A stretch of DNA of 64,000 bases from Octopus vulgaris. Lineage: Eukaryota. The notes beneath the pieces were generated by a model that saw only the letters and a list, made by a program, of their open reading frames with translations, did not search any database and was not told the origin of the DNA. Of the stretch, positions 52,923 through 64,000 are shown piece by piece. Numbering within the stretch: position 1 is the stretch's first letter; every line of letters begins with the position of its first letter. The position numbers and the translations under genes were made by a program. The stretch lies in the NCBI GenBank assembly GCA_951406725.2, contig OX597823.1, positions 23,808,001-23,872,000 of the forward strand. Direction: 5' to 3'.

Positions 52923-53153
52923 CTGACAAACCTTTGCAGATTAAAAAAGTTAGCATACAAGAGAAGGATACTATTGGAAGGCTTAGAAATGTGAAATTAA
53001 AGACGTGTAATGAAGCTTGCCATCAGTATCCGGGATGTAATTCTTATCAGTACAATGAGAAGGCTAAATTCTGTGATCTGAGCAATGCAACTGAGTTGAC
53101 TGGTAACTTTAAACCCAACAATGGAAGTTGGGATGTGCACATAATTAACCCAG
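52923..53153 (+). CDS. Exon B3: PAN module (subtype B)
   Basis: ttttcAG|…CCAG|GTctgt, 231 nt. SDKPLQIKKVSI…KTCNEACHQYPGCNSYQYNEKAKFCDLS…WDVHIINP. Confidence 0.9.
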
Positions 53154-53403
53154 GTCTGTAGAATTTTTTCCATTTAACTTATTGTGTGTGTCAGTGTATA
53201 CTTATATGTAATGTGTGTGTATGTAGATATATCATCATCATTTAACATCTGTCTATCTTGATAGCATGGGTAGGATGCTAGGCATGAGCTGGCCAAGTCA
53301 AAGACTACTCCTGACTACTGTGTCAGTTTTGGCAGATTTTATACACACACACACACTCATATATATGTATATATACATATCTATATATAAATACACACAC
53401 ATA

Positions 53404-53437
<34 letters not shown>

Positions 53438-53984
53438 GTATTGAAGCCATCCTCATCATCAAAATACAGGTTAGTCTGGTCATCTGTCACGTATGAGTGA
53501 TATCAGAATTCTGAAGCAACATCTCTTTGGCCAATTCCCAACAGGAAGGTCAGTTGTGCTTCAAAGACAAACAAAAAGACAATATGAAGCAATGCAACAT
53601 TCCCTTTTCTCCCTGGGAAAACAAAGCATCAGAAAGCAGGGCCTGGCACCAGTTCTGCTTTTCCTCAGTTAAAAGATTTGAACAAACTGAACACTAACAC
53701 CAGGACCATCTTCCTCTAAATGGAAACCTTGCCTGTCATTGTGGTTTTGTGGAATGAAATAAAGCAGGCCTTGCCATCCACTCAAGAAAACATAATGAAT
53801 GAGCACAAGCACTCATGTAAACTAAGTCATCAATCTGTTTCATTTGTCATTGATGATGATGATTATTATTTCATTTATTTGCCACAAAGGCGAAGGATGA
53901 GTGAGACAATACAAAGACTGACATAAAATGATTAAAAAAAAAAAAAGAGAAAGAAGACTGAACCAGAGCTAGAAGAGGTGAAGT

Positions 53985-55450
53985 GATGATGATGATAATG
54001 ATGATATGATATATGATGTGATGTGATGTGATGTGATGTGATGTATATGATATGATGTGATATATGATATGATGATATATGATATAATATATGATATGAT
54101 ATGATAATTTCATTTATTTGCCACGATGGTGAAAGATGAGGGAGACAATACAAAGACAGACACAAAATGATAAAAAAAGTGGAAGTATACATGGTGTACA
54201 CTTAAAAAGAAGGGTAATATGCATAACATCCAAAGGTTAAATAAAATGTGGCAGGGTGAGTGATGCAGATGTGGGCTTCCTGATACAGGAAAACCTCTAG
54301 TGATAATTGAGGAACCCCACTATCCAAGAGTTCCCTGAAACCTCAAGAGCAAGTGCCCTCTCCAATTCCATCTAGCTGACTTACAAATCTGTACTGAAAG
54401 AGATGACATCCACTCTCAACATTTTCACAACTTTCACCTACCTTTCAATTAACTCACTCGAGGATAGCACTTCCCCCTCCACTCTCAATTTCTTTTGAAG
54501 TGAAACTTGAAGAAGTCAATGAGAGTTCTACCAAAGTGGAATGTATCCGTCCTCATGCCTTTCAGCTTTGTCCATCAAATAACCTCTTTTTCCACAGCCA
54601 CCAGGCAAAGGAAAACTGCCATGCTTGCCCGATTGAAAGAGGGTGCTAGGGTAATCATCACTGCAGACTCAGCCAACAGACGGATCTGTTCAACATGTGA
54701 AAGCAGCTATTTAGCATAACCCCACAAGTCAGCAATGCCTGGACACTGAACAGTTTTGTCACTTTGCGCATGTCTGAAACAAGCACATCCATGTCTGTAG
54801 AGTTTATCTTGCACCAGTAGTGCCCTCTGGCAGCACTGCCCGGCCAAGGACAACTGGAAATTATCCATAACAGTTCCTGTCCACAAAGTCCTTCAGAACA
54901 GACTAGCCAGTTCATTTACGTCAGCACCCAGAGTCTCCCCAAGAACATGCTGCTAATCCTTTATAAATTTCTACAGCACATGCCATTGTCGATCCCTTTT
55001 CCCAACTGGTACAGGGCTGAGAGTGCTTGAATATATTCCAAATAAGAGAATCTCCAATCTGGTCTAGCAGTAACTGGGACAAGGTGCGACAGTCAGGTGA
55101 TAAATAATGAGAGAGATGATGTATGCATTTGCTACTTTCGCCTGACCTTTCAAGGACAACTTACTCTTAACCCATTTCTGGGTAAGTCAGGCCATCATGT
55201 TCACCACCTCATCCCACTTCTTATCAACCTGTTGATTGGGACCAAACTAGACCCCAAGCAGTTTAACTAGTTCATTGGTCCAGCATCTGATGGTATTGTC
55301 CTGCCTCTCCAGGATCCCAACCACATACTTACCAATTTGTCAGTGTTGATTTTAGCCCCTGCTACTGACTCATATTCCTTTAGGATGGTGCCAGCCATTT
55401 TTACTTCAGAGGTTTCCAGCACAATGATGGTGATGTCATCCACCTTTCCT
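53985..55450 (-). mobile_element. Tx1/L1-like LINE 3' remnant with a (CATAT/CACAT)n tail
   Basis: The minus strand gives KLSLKGQAKVANAYIISLIIYHLTV and a decayed LLGVWFGP motif. The pentamer microsatellite at 53985-54105 abuts the 3' end. Confidence 0.6.
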
Positions 55451-57224
55451 CTACAAGCATCAGGCTAGTAATTTTGATGGGAGGAGGTTGATTATGTTAT
55501 TCCCAGTACTTGACTGGTAATTACTTTAAGGGCCCAAAAGAAAGAAAAGCAAATTTGACATACGTGGAACTTGGCTGTTAAGCATTTTGTCCAGTGTGAT
55601 AACTATTTTGCCATCTCATTGCTTTGATTGTAATAATGATTATTATAATAAAAATTATAAAATTTTAATTACAATAATTTTAATAATATTATAAAAAATA
55701 ATTGTTAATAATTATGGTAAAATGATAATTACAATAACAACACTAAAACTAACTGAAGCAACTGTAGCAATAACTTTAATTGTTATAAGAAGAGGAAGAG
55801 AAAAAGCATTAAGTATAAGGTTGGCAATAATAAACTATAAACTGGTAGCAGCGACCAATGTTTGGTGAATAATAGCAATAACAGTAAAATATATATAGTA
55901 TAAGTAAAGTGTATATAGATATATATAGTGCAAACAAAGTGTTTATAAATATATATAATGCAAATATATAGTACAAATATATAGTGTAAACAAATATATA
56001 TAGTGATGCAAGAAATATTCATGGTAGAAGAGGTGGTTATTGTACCATAGTAGGCCTTACATAGCAGAGTGATAATAAACAGGTAAGAACAACAGCATAC
56101 TGTAAGCAATGTCAGTAATGAGGATGATTATAACAAAAACAAAAAGGCAGTGTATCTTTGGTGGTAGAGATGATTACAACAAAAGCTCTTACAAAATGCA
56201 TGCTGGTGCTCACAGCAGGTTAGTGGGGAATAACAAGTAAGATCTAACCTGTAGTACAGATGCTTATATGCAACGTGCTATGGTAGGGGTGAAAGGGCAA
56301 TAGGGAAAGCTACTAGACTGGAGTCGGAGCTACACTTGATAGGAGTGAAGCTGGCATTTTCTGTGATGTTTGAAATTAATTATGAGTTCATTTCACTTAT
56401 TGAGCAGGGAGGGCCATCAGCTGTGATTATGGCAATGGCCTCATGCAAACAGAGTCTACAGCTATGCCCAGGCAGTTGGCAGGGAGACCAGTTAGTGATC
56501 AGTCAGTTCCATATTCAACTGCTTCTGACTTAAAATGAGATATGTACTAGGCAAGGGATGCAGAAAACTAGAACTGAGAGTTATTGAATGAGTGCAGGTG
56601 TGAAGGTACCCTCCTCTTGTGTGGTGGAGTATAACAGCTTGACCACATTCTTATTGAAGATCCAGTGGAATCTCTGCTCTGATGGGAAGTTTTTCGTAAA
56701 GATTTCAAACTCCCTTGCCAGCAAACTCTTCACTGATTTGCAGAAGTGGAGGAAAAGAAATAAAAGAGAAATCAGTTATTTACCATAGTTTTGGGTTGGT
56801 CTTTTTGGGAGAAAAGAGACTGGAGGGTAGGATTTACATTTCTAGAGGGGAATACAAACAGTGTCTGAACCTAGGAGCAACATACTAGAGTTTGACTAAC
56901 TTATGCATCCACCAGTTCCTTGAACATCCCTGGCACTGTCAGCAAAGGCAAGGCAGTGACCTGTCCCACTATTGGCTTTACCAGCTACACCATCTTTATC
57001 ACCCTCTCCATCTGGCATGTGTCTCCAGTGTGTATCAACTTAGTTGTTGCTTGTCTCTAACTTGTACTGTTTTACCAATTGCCTGATGATGTGTTTGCTC
57101 CATGTTTGCTGTATAAGCTTCACCTACTGGTTGCATATGCAGAGAGGCATCCTGAGTTACCAAATATTGAAACATATATAACAACTGCAAAAAAGGATTA
57201 CCAGGTTATGCACATCTTCATAAT

Positions 57225-57650
57225 TATCATCATAATCCTTTAACGTTGATATTCAATGCTGGCATGGATTAGACAGTTTGACAGATGCTGGTAAGCAGCA
57301 GAGTTGACTTGGTTTCTAAAGCTAGATGCATTTCCTAATGCCAACCACTGTACAGTGTGTGCTGGGTGCTTTGAATGTGTCCACCAGCATGGGTGCTTTT
57401 ATGTAGCACTGGAACAAGTGCTTATTATGTGGCACCGACACAAGTCTCTTGCAGGCTAGTCCTCTTCAATAAGGGGGAGTGACCTTAACAGTCCTGTTGT
57501 TGAGGATGGGTCTTTTTGAGTACAGCAAGGTATCAGGTATCCCAAGACTTTATCCCATGTCTTCCTGGGTTTCCCTCTTCCACATGTTCCATCCACTTTG
57601 AAAGATTGGCACTTTGTTTTGGAGCTGTTAGCATCCATTCGCATTGGCCA
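57225..57650 (-). mobile_element. RTE 3' fragment
   Basis: KCQSFKVDGTCGRGKPRKTWDKV followed by 3' UTR and tail. Confidence 0.75.
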
Positions 57651-58031
57651 CTCTATCAGATGTTACTCATCACTGGTCACTTTGCATCAGTTTAGCCATC
57701 ACATGATGCCACCACCCTCTCTTGATTAAAAGGGGACTGGAGTGACATGAAATGAAGTGCTTTGCTCAAGAACACAACATGCTGCCTGGTCTGGGAATTG
57801 AAGCCATGATCTAGTGAACATGAGTGCAGCAGCCTAACCACTAGGTCACATGCCTTCAGACACACACACAAATTCATTTATGTATCTATGTATCTATTTA
57901 TATCTGTGTACATATTTCTTCTGTTTGTCTCAGTTAATATATTCTATTTCAAATTTGTCATTATCTTCTCATGTTCACCCTCATTCTCACATATATTAAC
58001 CATTGATCTCAATTTCTCTGATCACTTCCAG

Positions 58032-58202
58032 TTTTGACAATAATTGACTGTGGACCTCCAAAAGACATTTTTGGTGCATCAAAATCTTACATTACCACCA
58101 CCTACAAATCTGAAGTGATCTATACTTGTCCAAGAGGAGAAAAATTAAAATCAGAATGTAAGAAGGACAGTGAATGGGCTCCATTGTCATCTGGTTGTAA
58201 AG
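58032..58202 (+). CDS. Exon C5: Sushi/CCP module
   Basis: cttccAG|…AAAG|GTaatg, 171 nt. VLTIIDCGPPKDIFGASKSYITTTYKSEVIYTCPRGEKLKSECKKDSEWAPLSSGCK. Confidence 0.9.
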
Positions 58203-58709
58203 GTAATGTAAATAGGCTCTCTCTTGTTGCTCTTATTGATGGAATTTTGTTTCTTATTTTTGGGTTAAGTTTTTTTGTCAGATGAAGCATTGCTGTGTCC
58301 ATGACAATTCCTGTTATGTTTACGGCTAATAGAAGAGAAAGAGGAGGCTATTCTGATACCTGGAACATTCACAAATGCTGGTAAAAGAGTGGAGTTCATT
58401 AAAGCTACCCAAGGGCCAGGTAATGGCATTAATCTAGGTGATGGATTAAGTCTGCTTCACAAAAAGAAGAAGTGTGTAAATGTGTTCCCTCAAGAAGACT
58501 TCCACAATTATATGTTAGTTATAACTCAGCTTATCTTGCTCATTTTCCTTGTAATTTCTAACTTGACTGTTTACATTTGTACAATGTGTCATCATCCAAA
58601 ACAGTGCACAATGCATTGAACTTAGTCCTTCAAAACACTAGAATTTGACAGTCACTTGAAACAGACTTCTTATGTTCTTGTCATATACAAATCCACTGTC
58701 CTTAAATAT

Positions 58710-58925
58710 TCTTCTCTACTATAGGCACAAGGCCTGAAATTTTGGGGTGGAGCTAGTCAATTAGATTGACCCCAGTACACAACTGGTACTTAATTTATTG
58801 ACCCTGAAATGATGAAAGGTGAAGTCAACTTTTGTGGAATTTGAACTGAGAACATAAAAACAGACGAAATACTGCTGAGCATTTCGCCCAGCATGCTAAC
58901 ATTTCTGCCAGCTTGCCGTCTTACA
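58710..58925 (-). mobile_element. SINE (10.2-kb family)
   Basis: GAATTTGAACTGAGAAC…GACGAAATACTGCT.AGCATTTCG.CC.GC.TGCTAAC.TTTCTGCCAGCT is the reverse complement of the 10240 SINE head. Confidence 0.85.
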
Positions 58926-61619
58926 CCATCATTAAATATTATGATACTAATAATAATAACAGTCCCAGATTTGGGCAAAGAAAGGCAGAAATTTTTGATT
59001 TGCAGTCTTTAGTCGATATCACTAACTCAAGTTCCTGACTGGTATTTTATGTTATTGACCCATGCAAGAATAAAAGGTGAAGTTGACATTGGCTGGGTTT
59101 GAACTGAACACATCATGAGCCTGAATAGCTTTCCTTCCAATTCTTTAAGTGGTATACATGTATACAATTAAATGAATGTATGTATGATCCTGCACTTCTC
59201 TTGAATGATGCAGGACCTCTGTCTAGTGCAACTGGAGAATCCCTAATTGAAAAATCATCTTAAACTCCAAGAATAGTTCCCTCTCCAGTTATTGTTTCCT
59301 GATTTATTGTTTTATACACTGTGAACCCCATCCATTCTTCCCCTTTTTGTCACTTTCACCTGACATTAAAAAAAATTTTTTTGAGGACAGTACCATCCTA
59401 ATATTGTAACCTTCTTTACAAGTGAAACTTCAAAAATGCAGATTAAGGATTGACCAAAGTGAAATGACATTTGAACCTCATCCATGACACAACCTATCAG
59501 AAAATTGAAACTGCCTTCACTGCCCAGTTAAAGGAAGGTGTCAAACAGTCACTATGATGGGCCCAGATTACAACCAGATACATGCAACAAACAACAGCAG
59601 GTGTTTCACATAACTGTATATTTCAGTGATGCCTGGACAATGAACAAGTGCCTATGAGATGAGATTATTATACTGCACTTAACTTGGACAGGCATGTTTG
59701 ATGGCTCCTCTATGACTGTAGTGTTTTTCTTGGATCAAGTTCTTCAGAAAATTGTCCATGTTATTTTCTGGCATAAAGTCTTCCAAAACAGACTTTTCTG
59801 TTGATTTTTCCTTGAAACCCAGAGACCCTTGTAACAAGGATGAAAGGTCAGGAACACTTGAGGGGTGCAGGTCTCATCCCGTTACGTGAAATTATTTGTC
59901 AAAGGAAAACCAAGACTTTGAATATCTTCAACAGCATAAATAATATTTATTTTTCTGGATTTGCAATAATATATATACATATATTTCCTTCAGGGCGAAC
60001 CGGTAGCCATGGGTGCTAGTCACAGTAGTTAAAATGGTGTGAGCCAAATGCTGTCTCGTTCCAGCATAGTGTAGCTTTGCCACGTGTTGACTTGCTTGGG
60101 AGAGATGTGAGAACACGTCTGTTCAACTCGGCTGCAGCTTCGAGAGAGATCAATACAGTGGGAAATCTTGCTGTTACTAGTTCTCTGTGCATGTGCATGA
60201 GGGAACTTCCGGCAGCCTCTTGAAAGAAACCCAACTCTGCACATGTGCGCTGAAGACTTCCAAAATGGCATCATCACACCCTTCTTAGAATGTCAGTGCC
60301 TTATCCCTCCAGTAACTGTCAATAGATTGTCAGACTATAAAATGCATTAATCTCATTGCCCATGTCGAGTTTCATTCAGCATACTTCGTCTTCTGAAATC
60401 CTTATGATTAGATAATATAAACCAAACTTTTATAAGAAGGAGATTTTGTAAATAATTCTAATGTGTTAGGCTTCCATATAGGGTATTCCAGTGTAGCTAA
60501 TCCATTGAACTTTAATTTTGCAAGATAACTGATTTGATACAACTTACACTTTATTATAATCTTTTGCTAGGTTCAACACCAGTCCCAGACCCTCTGAGTG
60601 GTCATGATAATGGTGGTTGACAACACTTGGTCAATGCTGATTTACTTATAACAATAACAAACACTCACATTGAGAAACAGCTTCTCAGGTTTGCTACAGA
60701 TCACATTAACCTTACAAGTGTAGGATGGAGAGTGGCCTGAGAATTTCATGACATTTCTGTTTCAGCCATGGCTAACTTAGAAACTGAACATTTCACATCA
60801 TTTTGATAAATTTTGCATTTATTGTTTAGGCACATGACCAAACATAATTAATGAAAGTAATGAGATTGTGTGATATTTTTCAAGGGCAGCAGTTTTTTTA
60901 TGTAAAGTGAACTAACTTATACTGAGAATCAAAGCCAGATTATTAGCTTTCACCATCATTTTATCCTCCACTTTTCTCTACCTGCATGGGTTGGTCAGAG
61001 ATTATGGAAGTTTTTCTGTGAGCAGATGCACTTACTATCAGCAACACTCACCTTTTTCTGAGCAAGGTAATATTTCCCCATAATCATACATGGTCTCACA
61101 GAAGATTGGATGTGAGTGATAGTGATGGACATTGTACAATTTTCTGTTGATGTCAACACTAAGTCATACAAACAAACAGCCACTTACTCACCTCCCCACA
61201 CACACAAGCATATGTGCATGTATGCACACACATCTGTATATATGTTTGTGTGTGAGTATATCACCATCATATATATAAGCTATCTCTTTAACCCAGAGTA
61301 AATTGTAGATTCCCCTGAAGCAAAACGAAACCTTATTAGTTAAATTTCAAAATCACAAGGTCTTATCAGATTAATTCATACTTTGAATTTTATATCACTG
61401 GAGAAAGATGTGGCTTGCCACTTGCAGTCACTTGAACATCTCATGAGGTTGCTGATTTTGTGTGGCTATTTGAGTTATAATATTTTAGCTGCTATTTCTA
61501 GCAACTGTAGGTGTTACTTTCAACCTTATTTATGTATTCTACCTTTTTGGTTTTTAATTGCTGTAGCCACCTATATTATAATGTAGCTAATATAGCCTGA
61601 TATATTAATGTATTATTTC

Positions 61620-61775
61620 TCTTTACGTTCTGAGTTCAAATTCCATTGAGGTTGACTTTGCCTTTCATCCTTCCAGGGTCGATAAATTAAGTACCAGTTG
61701 TATACTGGGGTTGATCTAAGCAGTTGGCACACCTCCCCAAATGTGTCAGGCCTTGTGCCTAGATTAAAAAAGAGA
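61620..61775 (+). mobile_element. 5'-truncated SINE (10.2-kb family)
   Basis: TACGTTCTGAGTTCAAATTCC…GACTTTGCCTTTCATCCTT…GTCGATAAATTAAGTACCAGT. Confidence 0.8.
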
Positions 61776-61802
61776 ATATTAATTCTTTGTTATATGTTCT
61801 TG

Positions 61803-61849
<47 letters not shown>

Positions 61850-61854
61850 ATAAA

Positions 61855-63628
61855 TCAGTTTTGTACTGGGTAGAAGCACCACTGATGCCATATTCCTGGT
61901 TTGACAATTGCAGGAGAAATACCTAGCTATAGATAAACCCCTATACTTAGCTTTTGTGGACTTCGAGAAAGACATGTACAGGGTTCCCCCAATACCTTAT
62001 CTGGTGGGCAATGTGGAAACTCGAGATTGATGTATAGGTAATAAGGGCTGTACAGGACCTATACAGAGAGCTTGTTTGTAAGGTTAGGATTAGCAATGAG
62101 TATAGTGAAGAATTCTGGGTAGAAGTAGAGGTCCACCAAGGTTCAGCCTTCTGTCTGCTTTTATTAATCATAGTACTTCAGGCAATAACAGAGGAATTCA
62201 AGACAGGTTGCTCCTGGGAGCTCCTCTATGCTGATGACCTGGCTCTCATAGCAGAATCACTATCGGAACTAGAAAAGAAATTTTTGGTGTGGAAGCAAGG
62301 TTTAGAATCAAAAAGCCTTAGAGCCAATGTAGCAAAGACCAAAGTTCTAGTAAGCAGGAAGGCACCCACATCACACACCCCTTCAGGTAGGTGGCCCTGC
62401 TTGATCAGTAGAAAAGGTGTAGGTAGAAACTCCATCAGATGTACCCAGTGTAAGCTACAGTCACATAAGAGGTGCAGCAACATCAAAGGAAGATTAACCT
62501 GGAAGATGACTTTCATGAGCAGCAGATGCATAGGGGCAATAAACACCACAGATGCTCAGAAAACAGATTCCATCACATGCTAGGGGGAGAAACTAGAAGT
62601 AGTTGATAGCTTCTACTACTTAGGTGACCAAGTCTGTAGATGCTCAGAGAGTGTTACCACTAGAATAAGAATAGCCTGGGCAAAGTTTAGAAAGCTTCTA
62701 CCCCTATTGATAACAAAGGGCGTCTTGCTCAGAGTGAAAGGTAGATTGTACAATGCATGTGTGTGAACTACCATGCTTCACAGCAGTGAAACATGGGCCA
62801 TGACTGCTGATGACATGCATAGGCTCAAAAGAAATGAAGCTTGCATGATCCACTGGATGTGTAATGTCAGTGTGCACACACAACAGAGTGTAAGCATCCC
62901 GAGAGAAATGTTGGACATAAGAAGCATCGGATGTGGTGTCAATAGAGACATTTGTGTTGGTATAGTCATGTACTAGGGATGGAGGAGGAGAGCTCTGTGA
63001 AGAAGTGCCACTCCTAAACAGTGGAAGGAATCCAGGGTAGAAGGAGATCCTGGAAGACATAGGATGAGGTGGTGAAGCATGGACATTGGGCCTGACAGAA
63101 GCAATGACGAAAGACCGAGGCATCTGGAGATATGCTGTGACTGAGAAGACCCGCCAAATAAAGTGAGTTCACAGTTGTAACCTACACCAGTGACACATAA
63201 CCAGCCCACTCAAAAAGTACCTTGGATTGAAGGGTGAGATGCCATGCTTGAAGAGACCCATTGAGTCAAGTGCATCAAAATCAAAACACAATCAAATGGA
63301 AATTGTAGTTGTGGTCCCCGTACTGGTGGCAAGTAAAAAGTACCATCTGAACGTGGCTGATGGCAGCACTGCCTTGACTGGCCCTGTGCCGGTGACATAT
63401 AAAAAGCACCATCTAATCGTGGTTGAAGCCAGTCCCCTCTGGCCCCTGGTGGTACTTAAAAAAAGCACTCTCAGAGTGGTTGGTGTTAAGAAAGGCATCC
63501 AGCTGTAAGAAGCACTGCCAGATCAGATTGGAACCTGGTGCTGCCTCCTGGCTTCTCAGACCCCAGTTGAACTGTCCAACCCATGCCAGCATGGAAAATG
63601 GATTTTAAATAATGATGATAATAATAAT
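61855..63628 (+). mobile_element. Older 5'-truncated RTE LINE (PHD family)
   Basis: GRSTTDAIF, ELLYADDLAL, a decayed PHD (WPCLISRKG…) and multiple stops, followed by the 3' UTR and an (AAT/GAT)n tail. Confidence 0.9.
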
Positions 63629-64000
63629 GTATGTATGCTTACACATATAAATGTGTATGTATATGTGTATATACTTTTATTTATGTGAGCATTTATTTGC
63701 GAACATTTTTGTATATTTGTATACGTATCTATATGTGTGTATATTTGTATGTATATTTATACTAGTGTAGATATACATGTAATTTTATGTGTTCGTTACG
63801 CAATCTATATGAAGTATCTAAATGCTGTTGGTTACTTGTGAGTGCTATTATGTAGCACTCTCTGTCCCTATCTATCTTTCCCCTTTCTCTTGCTAGTTAT
63901 CTGTTTCTCTTTCTTTTTCTGCTTCTCCAATGTTTTCTTCCTCCTCCCCATACTTAATGATTTCCTTCTCTTTCTTTCACCTGTAACAACTAACTTGTAT

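Noticed and set aside
12595-58202. Identification as SE-cephalotoxin, a complement regulator or a plasminogen-like protein
   Set aside because: No EGF, TSP1, LDLa, kringle or protease exons are present and the architecture does not match, so no gene symbol was assigned.

Overview
AT-rich, microsatellite- and transposon-dense eukaryotic DNA. The SINE and RTE families look like those of a coleoid cephalopod, probably Octopus; this is recalled family resemblance, not a search result. The only host gene visible is on the + strand. It is an internal part of a large modular extracellular protein gene, seen as 11 intact, symmetric phase-1 exons (AG...GT, all multiples of 3, 2262 nt or 754 codons in total). 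The exons encode compact Sushi/CCP modules (C) and two kinds of 4-Cys PAN modules (A, B) in the order C-C-A-B-C-A-B-C-A-B-C. Exon subtypes and homologous intron segments show a 3-exon unit nested in a 6-exon higher-order repeat. Neither the start nor the end of the gene is in the window. The rest of the window is mobile-element debris: RTE LINEs with a PHD finger behind the RT core, a second RTE family, Tx1/L1 remnants, RLE-type (R4/Dong-like) retrotransposons, two Penelope-like elements, mariner remnants, a TIR MITE and tRNA-derived SINEs. There are also several minus-strand hammerhead-ribozyme-like motifs. None of the mobile elements is coding-intact.
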